Assembly: GCA_965215185.1 (NCBI GenBank) | Contig: OZ244034.1 | Span: 1,728,001 to 1,792,000 of the forward strand | Length of the DNA: 64,000 nucleotides | Source of the DNA: Acidimicrobiia bacterium | GTDB taxonomy: Bacteria > Actinomycetota > Acidimicrobiia > Spongiisociales > ZC4RG35 | Reading direction: 5' to 3' | Part shown: positions 10,094 to 19,902 of the stretch, piece after piece | How positions within the stretch are numbered: the stretch's first letter is position 1 | Layout: the number at the start of each line of letters is the position of its first letter | Program-made: the position numbers and the translations under genes | Notes under the pieces: generated by a model | What the model saw: only the letters and a program-made list of their open reading frames with translations | Database searches by the model: none | Told to the model about the DNA's origin: nothing

Positions 10094-11080
10094 CTAGTCA
10101 AGCCTCCTTACCGCCTCCATCACGGAAGCAGCGGTAGGTATCAGGAACTGTTGAAGGTAGCGGCTTTGGGGGATGGGAACATCGGCGGACGCCACCCGTA
10201 TGATCGGCGACTCTAGGTACTCAAGGGCTTCCTCGGCGATGATCGCCGCCACCTCGCCTCCCGCCCCCCCGGTCTTGGGCGCCTCGTGGGCGATCACCAC
10301 CCTCCCGGTCTTTGCCACCGATTCGAGGATGGTGTCAATGTCGAGCGGACGCAGGCCCCGAGGATCGACAACTTCCACATCTATCCCTTCGGCCGCCAAC
10401 TGCTCGGCGGCCCGCAGCGACTCCCCCACCATCCGCGACCAAGCGATCACCGTCACGTCGCTCCCCTCCCGTTTCACCGCCGCCTTCCCCAGCGGCACCA
10501 GGTGATCACCGGTGGGGACCTCTCCCCGGTGGGCGTACAGGCCGGCATGCTCGAAGAACAGCACCGGGTTGTCATCGCGGATCGAGGACTTCAGGAGCCC
10601 GAGGGCGTCGGCGGGGTCGGATGGGATCACCACATATGCGCCGGAAGCGCTCAGGAACAGGGCTTCGGGGCTGACATCATGCTCGGGACCCGCGCCCTTG
10701 GCGCCCTCCGGCAGCCTGATCACCAGCGGAACGGTGAACACTCCCCCATGCATGTACCGCCATCGGGCCACCTTGTGGTAAAGCTCATCCATGGCGATCC
10801 CGAAATAACCGCTCGACTGCAATTCCGCCACCGGCCGCAATCCGGTGATGGCGGCTCCCACCGCCGCGCCCACAATCATGGTCTCCGAGATGGGGGTGTC
10901 GATGACCCGCTCGGGCCCGAACCGCTCCAAGAGCCCGGCGGTCGCCCCGTAGATGCCGCCGTAGACGGCCACATCCTCTCCCCAGACGAACACTCGCTCG
11001 TCGCGCTCCATTTCTTCGTGGAGCGCCTCGCGAATGGCCTGGGAGAAGGTGAGTCGGCGAGTTGTGGCTGGTGCGCTCAT
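10094..11080 (-). CDS. 2-oxoacid/acetoin dehydrogenase E1 beta
   Basis: GEDVAVYGG, DTPISE, VAKTGRVVIAHE. Confidence 0.95.
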   Translation of the reverse strand: MSAPATTRRLTFSQAIREALHEEMERDERVFVWGEDVAVYGGIYGATAGLLERFGPERVIDTPISETMIVGAAVGAAITGLRPVAELQSSGYFGIAMDELYHKVARWRYMHGGVFTVPLVIRLPEGAKGAGPEHDVSPEALFLSASGAYVVIPSDPADALGLLKSSIRDDNPVLFFEHAGLYAHRGEVPTGDHLVPLGKAAVKREGSDVTVIAWSRMVGESLRAAEQLAAEGIDVEVVDPRGLRPLDIDTILESVAKTGRVVIAHEAPKTGGAGGEVAAIIAEEALEYLESPIIRVASADVPIPQSRYLQQFLIPTAASVMEAVRRLD

Positions 11081-12039
11081 ACGTAAAGGCCCTCGAAGAG
11101 GCGTTCGGGACCGGGCATGGGCGCCGAGGCTGCCTCTTCCACTGCCTCGTCCACTTTCTCCTGGACACGTTTGTCGAGGTCCTCCAGTTGTCCGATAGTA
11201 ACTACGCCCTCGGTAACCAGTCGAGCGCCCAGGGTGGTGATGGGGTCGAGTTCTCTCAGCCGGGCAGTCTCCTCCTCGGTGCGGTACACCTGCGGATCCC
11301 CCTCATAGTGCCCCCGGAAGCGATGGCACATCGCCTCGATGAGAGTGGGGCCCTCCCCCGCTCGGGCGCGGTCCACCGCTGCCGACGTCGCCTGGTAGAC
11401 CTCGGTGACATCCATGCCGTTGATTCGCACCCCCGGCATCCCGTAGCCCGCCGCCCGGTCCACTATTCGTCCGGCGGTGGATACGGTGGTCGGCACCGAC
11501 ACCGCGTAGCCGTTGTTCTCACAGATCCATATCACCGGGAGCTTCCAGGCCGCGGCGGCGTTCACCGATTCGTGGAAGGCGCCCCGGTTGGCGGTGCCGT
11601 CACCGAAAAAGCACACCACCACCTGATCGGTGCCCCGGTATTTGGCGCTGAATGCCGCCCCCGTGGCAATGGGAAAGCAACTTCCCAGGGTGCCCCCCTG
11701 CCCAAGGATCCCCAGATCGGGGTCGGCGAAGTGGGGGATCCCCGCTCCCAACCCGCCGGTGGCCCCGGCGGTGTTGGCCATCAGGTCCCCGAACATGGCC
11801 GTCATCGACATGCCCTTGGCGATGGTGTACCCGAATCCCCGGTGGGCGTACAAAAGGTAGTCATCACGCCGAAGCGGCGCCACCCCGCCCGTCGGGATCG
11901 CCTCCTGTCCCCGTCCCGAGTGGTATCCGGCCAAGACCCTCCCCTCCTGCAGCAGTCGAAGAGCGGTCTGATCCCATAGCTTGATGGTGACCATCATCTC
12001 ATACAGTTGCAGGAGTGTTCCGGTGTCCATCGCAGTCAT
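11077..12039 (-). CDS. 2-oxoacid/acetoin dehydrogenase E1 alpha (TPP-dependent)
   Basis: GQEA, TPP motif GDGTANRG...ENN, RFRGHYEGDPQVYR. Confidence 0.95.
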   Translation of the reverse strand: MTAMDTGTLLQLYEMMVTIKLWDQTALRLLQEGRVLAGYHSGRGQEAIPTGGVAPLRRDDYLLYAHRGFGYTIAKGMSMTAMFGDLMANTAGATGGLGAGIPHFADPDLGILGQGGTLGSCFPIATGAAFSAKYRGTDQVVVCFFGDGTANRGAFHESVNAAAAWKLPVIWICENNGYAVSVPTTVSTAGRIVDRAAGYGMPGVRINGMDVTEVYQATSAAVDRARAGEGPTLIEAMCHRFRGHYEGDPQVYRTEEETARLRELDPITTLGARLVTEGVVTIGQLEDLDKRVQEKVDEAVEEAASAPMPGPERLFEGLYV

Positions 12040-12110
12040 TGTCCGCTCACCTCTGTGTTGCCAGTCATCACCTTACCGGATGCCGGGGTACGGCTTTCCT
12101 GGTAGGCGGG

Positions 12111-12878
12111 TCAATACATCACGATCCCGCCGTTGACGTTCAAGTCCTCTCCCGTGATGAAAACCGACGCCGGGCTGAGCAGGAACAGCACCACGCTGGC
12201 GATCTCCTCGGGCAGGGCGGGTCTTCCCAGTTGGGCGGTGGCCGCCGCCGCTTCCAGGTCCACTCCCTCCACCAACTGAGAGGCTTCATCGCCGAAGCCG
12301 CTGCGCATGGGGGTGTCGACATGTCCCGGACAGATCGAGTTGACCGCGATGTCGGGCGCCAACGCCTTGGCCGCGGAGCGGGTGAGGCTGATCACAGCCG
12401 CTTTGGAGGAGTTGTAGGGAGCTGAGTACGGCCCGGGGACCTTCGCCGCGTTGGAGGCGATGTTGACGATCCTTCCCCCTCCCGCGGCGCGCATCAGCGG
12501 AGCGGCGTGCTTGGTCATCAGGTAGGTCCCGAACAGGTTGATCTTTAGTTCCGGCTCCCAGTCCGCCCAGGTCATCTCCTCGAAGGGGTGCGCTCGGCCG
12601 ATGGCCGCACAATGGGCCAGGCCCGACAGCACTCCTCCGCTTGCTTCCGCCATCTGACGGTAACCGTCGGCCACCGACTGTTCCTCGGAGACATCAACCA
12701 CCACCGCCATCGCGGTCCCCGGTCCGCTCATGTCATCAACCGCCCGACGAAGACGGTCCTCGGCGAAGTCGAAACACCAAACTCTGCCTCCCTCGGCCAC
12801 CAGTAACTCGGCCGTGGCTCGACCTATCCCTCGGCCGGCCCCGGTCACCACGAATTCCTTACCTGCGAAATAACTCAT
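12111..12878 (-). CDS. SDR family oxidoreductase
   Basis: TGAGRGIG, YNSSK, VNSICPG; start trimmed to MSYFAG. Confidence 0.92.
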   Translation of the reverse strand: MSYFAGKEFVVTGAGRGIGRATAELLVAEGGRVWCFDFAEDRLRRAVDDMSGPGTAMAVVVDVSEEQSVADGYRQMAEASGGVLSGLAHCAAIGRAHPFEEMTWADWEPELKINLFGTYLMTKHAAPLMRAAGGGRIVNIASNAAKVPGPYSAPYNSSKAAVISLTRSAAKALAPDIAVNSICPGHVDTPMRSGFGDEASQLVEGVDLEAAAATAQLGRPALPEEIASVVLFLLSPASVFITGEDLNVNGGIVMY

Positions 12879-12910
12879 CCTCGACAGATTACCTGTCGGC
12901 TCCAGGCTCG

Positions 12911-13405
12911 TCACTCGTCTGCTCGGGCGCCCTTCCTGCCGGGACGGCGGGGCAGCCAACGACCTACCTGTTCCAAGTACGCCTTGTATTCGTCTCCGAA
13001 CTCTTTAGATAGGTGGGGCTCTTCGTAGAGCCGCACGAACAAGGAGAAAAAGACGAATAGTGCGACCGCGTACACCACCAGGATGACCGCTGACAAGAAG
13101 ATGGCCCATCCGCCCACCACGGTCAGGATCGCCACGTACATGGGGTTTCGGGTGTAGCGGTAGAAACCTCGTATCACCAGTCTCTTCGGCGCGTCGATGG
13201 GCGCGGGGGTGCCCTTCCCGAATACCGCGAAGTCCCACACACAGCGCAGATAGACGAAACTACCGAGTGCCAGCAGGCAGAAGGCCAGCGGCCCCGGCAG
13301 CCCCATGGGTTCTGTGCTGTCAGCCGCAAGCCAGGGTGGAACCAGCCCAGCAAACGTGCCGGGCATCACCACCGTGAACAGCGCGTTCTTCAAAAAGAGC
13401 TTCAC
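12911..13405 (-). CDS. Isoprenylcysteine carboxylmethyltransferase/PEMT family membrane protein
   Basis: GKGTPAPIDAPKRLVIRGFYRYTRNPMY, YEEPHL..FG.EY..Y..V.RW. Confidence 0.88.
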   Translation of the reverse strand: MKLFLKNALFTVVMPGTFAGLVPPWLAADSTEPMGLPGPLAFCLLALGSFVYLRCVWDFAVFGKGTPAPIDAPKRLVIRGFYRYTRNPMYVAILTVVGGWAIFLSAVILVVYAVALFVFFSLFVRLYEEPHLSKEFGDEYKAYLEQVGRWLPRRPGRKGARADE

Positions 13406-13455
13406 ACTATGTCATCCTAAGCTAGCCGTTAAGGTGCCTCGGCCTCCGCCGAATC

Positions 13456-14679
13456 TCAACCACCGTCGGGATCTAACAAACCGACAGTGTCTCGGGCGAT
13501 CAACGATTCTTCATCGGTGGGGATCACCCATATTGCTGTCGGGCTGTCGTCGGTGCAGATACGTCTTTCCCCCTCTCCGTTGTTTCGAGAAGCATCCAGT
13601 ACCAGGCCCGTGGTCTCCAAGCCGGTCAGCACCATCCGGCGTAGCTCCGCACTGTTTGCCCCGATCCCGCCGGAGAACACAACTCCGTCGCATGGTCCAA
13701 CCTGCACTAAAAATGCACCCAGGTAGCGGCGGACCCGGTGAGCGAAAACCTCCAGGGCCAAAGCGGCCGAGGGATCACCCGACTGGGCCGCCCGACCCAA
13801 CTGCCGGTAATCAGAGGAAATGCCGCTCAGGCCCAGCAAGCCCCCTTCTCTCTCCAAGCCACGGCGAATCTCGGACGGAGACAATCCCGCTTCCATGAGA
13901 TGAAACACCGCGGCCGGGTCTATATCTCCGCTTCGGGTGCCCATTACCAGTCCCTCCAAGGGAGTCATCCCCATTGAGGTGTCCACCGCCCGGCCGTCGC
14001 GGACCGCACACGCCGAGGCGCCGTTTCCCAAATGAAAGGTGACCAGGTTGGGCCGAGGTTTGTCCCAAAGACGCGCGGCCCGTTCCACCAGATAGCGCTG
14101 GCTGATGCCGTGGAATCCGTAGCGGCGCACCCCGTGCTCTCGCCACCAATGGGAGGGAACCGCGTATCGGTAGGCATGCGGTCCCAGAGTGGCAAAGAAA
14201 GCAGTGTCGAACACCGCTACCCCGGTCGCCGCGGGCAGCAGTTCTTGGGTGGCGCGGATACCCGCCCGGTTGGCCGGATTGTGAAGCGGCGCCAGTGAGT
14301 CCAGCGCTTTGATGGCTTCCATTACCGACGAATCGATCACCACCGAGTCGGAGAATCGCTCACCACCATGCACCACCCGGTGCCCCACTCCGACGATCTG
14401 TCCCGGATCGGACAGTGCCGCAGGTGTACCCCATCCAGTGAGCGCCTCAACCACTTGGGCCACGCCCGACCGATAGTCGGTGGCCGCCGCCACCATCGTT
14501 GTTTCCCACTCCCCGACCCGATGCTGGTGCTGGACCCGCTCCGTACCGATTCCTTCGATGATCCCTGCCGCTAGGGCGGCGCCTATCTGGATGTCGTACA
14601 GCTTGTACTTGATGGAGGAACTTCCACAGTTGATCACCAGGATCCGCCTCGGCGTCGACCGCACGGCGTCTCGGCTCAA
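13456..14679 (-). CDS. ackA: Acetate kinase
   Basis: INCGSSSIK, GHRVVHGG, APLHNP, YGFHG, HLGNGAS, IPTDEE. Confidence 0.96.
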   Translation of the reverse strand: MSRDAVRSTPRRILVINCGSSSIKYKLYDIQIGAALAAGIIEGIGTERVQHQHRVGEWETTMVAAATDYRSGVAQVVEALTGWGTPAALSDPGQIVGVGHRVVHGGERFSDSVVIDSSVMEAIKALDSLAPLHNPANRAGIRATQELLPAATGVAVFDTAFFATLGPHAYRYAVPSHWWREHGVRRYGFHGISQRYLVERAARLWDKPRPNLVTFHLGNGASACAVRDGRAVDTSMGMTPLEGLVMGTRSGDIDPAAVFHLMEAGLSPSEIRRGLEREGGLLGLSGISSDYRQLGRAAQSGDPSAALALEVFAHRVRRYLGAFLVQVGPCDGVVFSGGIGANSAELRRMVLTGLETTGLVLDASRNNGEGERRICTDDSPTAIWVIPTDEESLIARDTVGLLDPDGG

Positions 14680-14683
14680 CTTT

Positions 14684-15805
14684 CTATCTGACTCGCGGCT
14701 CGCGGGGCAGTCCCAGCATTCGCTCGGCTATCACGTTGAGAAGCACCTGGGAGGTTCCCCCTCCGATGGTGAGCGCCGGAGAGAACAAAAAACCCCAGTT
14801 CCACTCGTCGGTCTCCTCACCGTATGGGCCCCGATCGGTACGCATCCCGTCGGCCCCGGCCAGATCCTTGGCCAGATTCATGATCCTCTGTCCCGCCCGG
14901 TCGGCCATCAGCTTCTTGACCTCGGCTATCGCACCCGGCTCCCGCCCAGCGACCAACTCCGTGAGGATCCGCAGGCCTATCAGGTGAATGATTTTGTCTT
15001 CTGTGTAAAGCCGAGCCATCTCCTGGCGGTGGGAATTTTTGCTGACCCCTCCGGCGCGGACCCGCTGCAAGAGATCGTGGATGCTTGGTCCCATCCCCCA
15101 GATCGCTCCTCCCCCCGACAACGCCACCCTCTCGTTGGCCAGGGTGTACTTGGCCGCCCGCCAGCCCCCGTGGAGTTCTCCCACCACGTTCTCGGCGGGG
15201 ATCCGCACATCGGTGAAGAACACCTCGTTGAAATGGCGATTACCGGTCATCTCGATGATCGGCCGGATATCGATCCCCGGCCGTTCCATCGGACAGATGA
15301 ACCAGGATATCCCCCGGTGCTGGGGCGCATTCGGGTCGGTGCGGGCCAAAAGCATCCCGTAGTGGGAAGTCTCCGCTCCGCTGGTCCAGATCTTCTGGCC
15401 GTTGATCACCCATTCGTTTCCGTCGCGTTGCGCACGCGTCTGCAAGGAAGCCAGATCCGAACCCGAGTTGGGCTCGGAAAACAGCTGACACCATTGCTCG
15501 GCGCCAGTGAGAATCGGCCATAGATGCCGCTCTTTTTGTTGGGGTGTGCCGAAGCTCAATAGGGTGGGTGCCGCCCATCCCAGAGCAATCGCATTGTCCG
15601 GGAGATTCACTGCCGCGGCGGCCAGTTCTTCATCAATGATCATCTCTTCGAGGACATCTGCCTCCTGGCCATAGGGTTCCGGGAAGCGAGGCTTCACGTA
15701 ACCGGCCCGGGCCAACTCCTCGGAACTGGGATCGGGATGGTTGGAAAGCCAATCGCGGACCCGTAGGCGGCGGGGATCGTCGGCGGCAGCCAGCGCGAAA
15801 TCCAC
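14684..15805 (-). CDS. Acyl-CoA dehydrogenase
   Basis: WCQLFSEPNSGSDLA, GQKIWTS, TIGGGTS. Confidence 0.92.
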   Translation of the reverse strand: MDFALAAADDPRRLRVRDWLSNHPDPSSEELARAGYVKPRFPEPYGQEADVLEEMIIDEELAAAAVNLPDNAIALGWAAPTLLSFGTPQQKERHLWPILTGAEQWCQLFSEPNSGSDLASLQTRAQRDGNEWVINGQKIWTSGAETSHYGMLLARTDPNAPQHRGISWFICPMERPGIDIRPIIEMTGNRHFNEVFFTDVRIPAENVVGELHGGWRAAKYTLANERVALSGGGAIWGMGPSIHDLLQRVRAGGVSKNSHRQEMARLYTEDKIIHLIGLRILTELVAGREPGAIAEVKKLMADRAGQRIMNLAKDLAGADGMRTDRGPYGEETDEWNWGFLFSPALTIGGGTSQVLLNVIAERMLGLPREPRVR

Positions 15806-15832
15806 CGTTTGCCCTCCTTCCTACCGAGGTCG

Positions 15833-15895
15833 TCTACAAATCGGTGATAACCGGTTGACCTTTAAATCAACTGGGAAGTAGTTGGTGATTGTAGA
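15833..15895. promoter_or_regulatory. Nested inverted repeat (candidate operator or RNA hairpin) in a divergent promoter region
   Basis: Outer arms TCTACAAATC (15833-15842)/GATTGTAGA (15887-15895); inner CCGGTTGA-CCTTTAAA-TCAACTGG (15851-15874). Confidence 0.4.
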
Positions 15896-16014
15896 TGCGG
15901 ATCGAGGAGAAGCAAGATACCTGGCGATTCTGATCCTTGTTCCGTTATCGGTCGGGCAGAATGGGAGTCCATGCCGGTCCTCTTTCCATCGCATTTCAAA
16001 CTGCAAAGGGGTCT

Positions 16015-16434
16015 GTGATCGATCAAGAAACAATCGCCAGTCTGCTGCACAGCACCCGCTCGGCCACCCTGGGGACCGTCGACGAGCGGGGCCGGCCTCA
16101 CCTGGTTCCGATCGTCTTCGCATACCACGATGGCCGTCTTTACACGGCGGTGGACCAAAAGCCCAAATCCACCTACCGGCTGAAACGGCTACGCAACATC
16201 GAAGCCAACTCCCGCGTTTCGGTGCTGGTGGACCATTACGACGACGACTGGACCCGTCTGTGGTGGATAAGGATCGACGGCACGGCCCAGGTGATTGGAG
16301 CAGGCCCACGTTTTGAGAAGGGGATTGCCCTTCTCACTGCCAAATACGAACCCTACGCCGCCCAACCGCCTCCCGGACCGGTCATCGAAGTGCGAATCAA
16401 GACAATACGCTCTTGGTCGGCTAGGTCGGCTTGA
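16015..16434 (+). CDS. PPOX-class F420-dependent oxidoreductase (Rv0121-like)
   Basis: PHLVPIVFA, YTAVDQKPKS..L.RL.NI..N..VS.LVDHYDDDW..LWWIR.DG; GTG start. Confidence 0.88.
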   Translation: MIDQETIASLLHSTRSATLGTVDERGRPHLVPIVFAYHDGRLYTAVDQKPKSTYRLKRLRNIEANSRVSVLVDHYDDDWTRLWWIRIDGTAQVIGAGPRFEKGIALLTAKYEPYAAQPPPGPVIEVRIKTIRSWSARSA

Positions 16435-17306
16435 CGATCACCTCCCGGCCGGGAGTCTCCGGCTTGTCATCGGTCATCTCTGCGGGAAAGCCGGGGGCGA
16501 GGACCGACGCCCCCGGTGGCCTCCTCCAGGCGTCTGATCACGTTTGGGGACCACTCTCTGTCCCCGTAGCGAACTGCGGCATCGTCGAAATATGTCGACC
16601 AGCACCGGCGCCGGTTCCAGGGGCACGCCGCATCGGTCGGCTACCGACGCGAACAGGGACAAGTCTTTTTGACTAAGTGCATGGTGAAGTTGATGTTGCG
16701 GCTGCCGTTGAGGATCACCTGGCTCTCGGTTTCGTGAACGAACGAGTTGCCCGACGAGATGCGGATGGCCTCGTAGGCAGTGTTCAGGTCGATGCCGGAC
16801 CGCTGTGATCAAAGCTTCGCACAGGGACACCAGGTTGGCGGTAGCCAGGTAGTTGGTGACCACCTTGAGGATCGAGGCTGAGCCCACCGACCGGTGTGCA
16901 GAATGTGGCGGCCCATCGTGACCAGGACCGGCAGGATCCGCTCGAAAGTAAACCGGTCGCACCCAGCGAAGATGGAGATGTTGCCGGTGGCGGCCCGATG
17001 ACACCCGCCCGACACTGGGCAGTCCACCGCCGACCTGCCTGCTGTGGTCACCAACCCGGCTAGGCGTCTCACCTCGGCCTCGTCGGCCTCCATCACCGCC
17101 GCACTGATCGCCGGGCTGGGAAGGCAGGTGATGATTACATCAACCTCGGCCGCCATCTCGGCGGGGCTGTCGGCCCAGCCCGCTCCGTCGGCCTCCAATT
17201 GCGCAGCCGCCGATCTGTCAAGGTCCCGAACGACCAGGTCGAACCCGTTTCGCAGCAAGCTCTCGACCAGCTTGGATCCCACATTGCCCAACCCGATGAA
17301 GCCCAC
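16421..17306 (-). pseudogene. 3-hydroxyisobutyrate dehydrogenase-family NAD(P)-dependent oxidoreductase, disrupted
   Basis: GFIGLGNVG...DCPVSGG in one frame; LKVVTNYL, SGNSFVHETESQ, KDLSLF and REWSPNVIRRLEEA in shifted frames; apparent internal deletion after VMEAD. Confidence 0.85.
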
Positions 17307-17427
17307 TCTCCCGGTTCATCCTCCACATTCTTTTTCTGACCACCAGATTCGAACACAAGATCGGCGAACTGCCGGCTTGCTGTCGGCGTGCGGCGAGGCT
17401 CTTGTTGGTTGTCCTCGCCGGGCTGTG

Positions 17428-17733
17428 TCACTCCGGAAGGCCCTTGGACATAAGCGGTCGGCAAAAAGAGACCTCCAGATCACTGGCCAGAAGTCCCGCC
17501 ATCTCGGCCACGGCCCCGGCCGCCCATTCGGCATGGGCCGCCAACGCCTCCCGATCGGCGTACACCTCATAGGCCCAGAAGGTATCGGGGTTGCGAAAGT
17601 CGACCTGCCAGGAGAAAACCAGCGTCCCCTCTTCCTCCTTCACCCTTGCGAAGTGCTCAGCCAATCGCGCCCGCAGTTCTTCTCGCTTGCCCTCCGCGGC
17701 CACCAGCTTCGCAACAACGGCAATACGGCTCAT
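17428..17733 (-). CDS. Antibiotic biosynthesis monooxygenase (ABM) family protein
   Basis: 101 aa, VVAKLVAAEGKR...EEGTL...FWAYEVYADREALAAH. Confidence 0.85.
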   Translation of the reverse strand: MSRIAVVAKLVAAEGKREELRARLAEHFARVKEEEGTLVFSWQVDFRNPDTFWAYEVYADREALAAHAEWAAGAVAEMAGLLASDLEVSFCRPLMSKGLPE

Positions 17734-18238
17734 ACCAACTGAAATCCTAGCTGCCTGCCCCCTTCAGCCGCAGCCTGGGCACCTGCGGATCTGAACTGTG
17801 GTTAAGCCCAGTCGGTTAGAGAGAGTCTGGAAGCTGCCTTGACTCGTACGTCTTATGAAGGGGTTCTGGGGGGCTGCCATGGCGAGGCTGATTTGGGCAT
17901 TGCCGTCCCGCTGGGCGTGTCACAAGAGAGACTCGGCAGCACGGTCGGGTCACAAAGAGAGTTCATACTGTTACAGCCAAACACCGACACGGTCCGGGGC
18001 GGGGTCGCTCGGACCACATTAAGGGATCACACCGTCAAATACAGCAGGCCCAATCCCAGGCTGGGCGGAGAGCTTTGGGCCCATGGCAAGGTGGCGGCGG
18101 GGGAAGGCCCTGAAGGGTCCCACATTTTCGCGACTTTTGTCCGGCGAACCTCAGCGGTTGCCGTTGGTAATAGTGTCACGTTCTGAACGTTGGGCTGTTA
18201 TTCACCAGCCTCGCGAATGTCTCAGAGGCGGGACAGGG

Positions 18239-19435
18239 TTAGGTGGTGAGGATGCAGGCCGAGTTGTTGGCTTGGGCGCCGTAGACCTCGGTGATGGCTT
18301 TGCGGGCGCCTTCCACCTGGCGGGCGCCGGCGGTGCCTCGAAGTTGCCAGGTGACTTCCACAATCTGCAGGACTCCTTGGGCCATGGTTGCCTCTCCAAA
18401 GGAGGAGAATCCCCCGCTGGGGCACACCGGCAACTCGCCACCCAGGGCCGTGACGCCTTTGTCCAACAGCGTTTCTGCCTCGCCCTCCCCGCAAAAGCCC
18501 ATGGTCTCCAGATACTGCAGCTCATGCCAGGAGGAGTTGTCGGGCAATTCCACAAAATCCATGTCTTCGGGTCCCAGGCCAGCCTGCTCGTAGGCCATGT
18601 GTGCCGCCAAACGGCTTTCCGACAGCAACGGTGCGGTGGCGGCGCCATCAGAAGTGGCCGACAACAGCGGGATCCGGATAGTGGGATCGCCGAACTCTCC
18701 ACTGGCAAGCGAGCAAGCCGCCACCTTCACGAGAGGGCGAATACCCAGCCGGCGGGCTTTGTCGCCGCTCACCAACATCACAGCTGCAGCTCCGTCGGAG
18801 GTGGCGCAGATCTCCAGCAGGCGAAGAGGGTCACATACCATGGGCGAGGCAAGCACCTGCTCCAAAGTGAAGGCTTTCTGATAGCGGGCGTAGGGATTGA
18901 GCGACCCGTGCTTGGAGTTTTTGACCTTCACTTTGGCAAGATGTTCGTCGGTGGAACCGTACGCCTCCATGCGCTTTCGCATTTCCAGCGCCCAGTAGGC
19001 GGGGTTGGGGACTCCCACCTGCCAGCGAACCATGTCGACGGGGGGACGGGGCTCGTCGGCCAGCACCGGCACACTAGGAAAATATCCCTTGGGGGACTTG
19101 TCGGTTCCGATCACCAGCACCGAATCGTGCATCCCCGAGGTGATCATGGCATAGGCCGCTCTCATCAAAGAACCCCCCGAGGCGCAGGCGTTGTTGATGT
19201 TGGCGATGGGTATGCCGGTCTCGCCCACCGCGGCGGCAATGGTGTTGCCCGATCTCATCCCGGTGGACCCTCCCCACTGCATGGCGCCCGAGACCATCGA
19301 CTCCACCTCCGTCCACTCCATTCCGGCGTCAGCCACTGCCTCCATGGCCACCTCGGCGCCCATCTCCACCCAGCTCTTTTGGGGGAACTTCCCCCAGGGA
19401 TGAAGTCCCACCCCGGCCACTATCACATCAGTCAT
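18239..19435 (-). CDS. Thiolase family protein (SCP-x/lipid-transfer type)
   Basis: NNACASGG, KNSKHGSLNPYA, SDGAAA, CPSGG. Confidence 0.9.
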   Translation of the reverse strand: MTDVIVAGVGLHPWGKFPQKSWVEMGAEVAMEAVADAGMEWTEVESMVSGAMQWGGSTGMRSGNTIAAAVGETGIPIANINNACASGGSLMRAAYAMITSGMHDSVLVIGTDKSPKGYFPSVPVLADEPRPPVDMVRWQVGVPNPAYWALEMRKRMEAYGSTDEHLAKVKVKNSKHGSLNPYARYQKAFTLEQVLASPMVCDPLRLLEICATSDGAAAVMLVSGDKARRLGIRPLVKVAACSLASGEFGDPTIRIPLLSATSDGAATAPLLSESRLAAHMAYEQAGLGPEDMDFVELPDNSSWHELQYLETMGFCGEGEAETLLDKGVTALGGELPVCPSGGFSSFGEATMAQGVLQIVEVTWQLRGTAGARQVEGARKAITEVYGAQANNSACILTT

Positions 19436-19862
19436 CGTTGCTTTCCTCCCGACAAGGACGGAACTTCCAACCGATCACCTCACCCGAGTAGTCGGTGTAG
19501 TAGGGGGCGATCACCGTCTCCATCGCCATCCCCATCCGAAGTTGGTCGACCCTGGCCTCCGCCAAGGGACCCACCACCTGGATGCCCTCGGCGGCGAACT
19601 CCACTTCCACCACCGTGATCGGCTCGAAGGGAACGGGTGCCACAAACGGCGGCGGGGGCGGGAAGTGAACGGTGGTCCAGCTGGCCAGTCGCCCGGTACG
19701 AGAAATGGGGGTGGGCGACACATCTTTGTCTGAGCAACGGGGATTCGGACAGGTAAAACTGGCCGGGAACGCCACCGTCTCACAGGAACGGCATCGGCTT
19801 CCCACCAGGGCAGGCTCAGGGTCGGAGACGAAAGAGCCTTCAAGAACTGGGGTTTGTTTCAC
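19428..19862 (-). CDS. DUF35/ChsH2-like Zn-ribbon + OB-fold protein
   Basis: CRSC...CPNPRC then OB-fold GRLASWT...RMGMAME; overlaps the thiolase start. Confidence 0.9.
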   Translation of the reverse strand: MKQTPVLEGSFVSDPEPALVGSRCRSCETVAFPASFTCPNPRCSDKDVSPTPISRTGRLASWTTVHFPPPPPFVAPVPFEPITVVEVEFAAEGIQVVGPLAEARVDQLRMGMAMETVIAPYYTDYSGEVIGWKFRPCREESNDD

Positions 19863-19902
19863 TGATTCACCAATCTACCCCGCTCCCCTGCCAGGTGGCC
19901 AA

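Noticed and set aside
17839-18186. 115-aa ORF in the intergenic gap
   Set aside because: TTG start without a clear RBS, no recognisable motif, opposite to the local gene direction; not supportable as a CDS.
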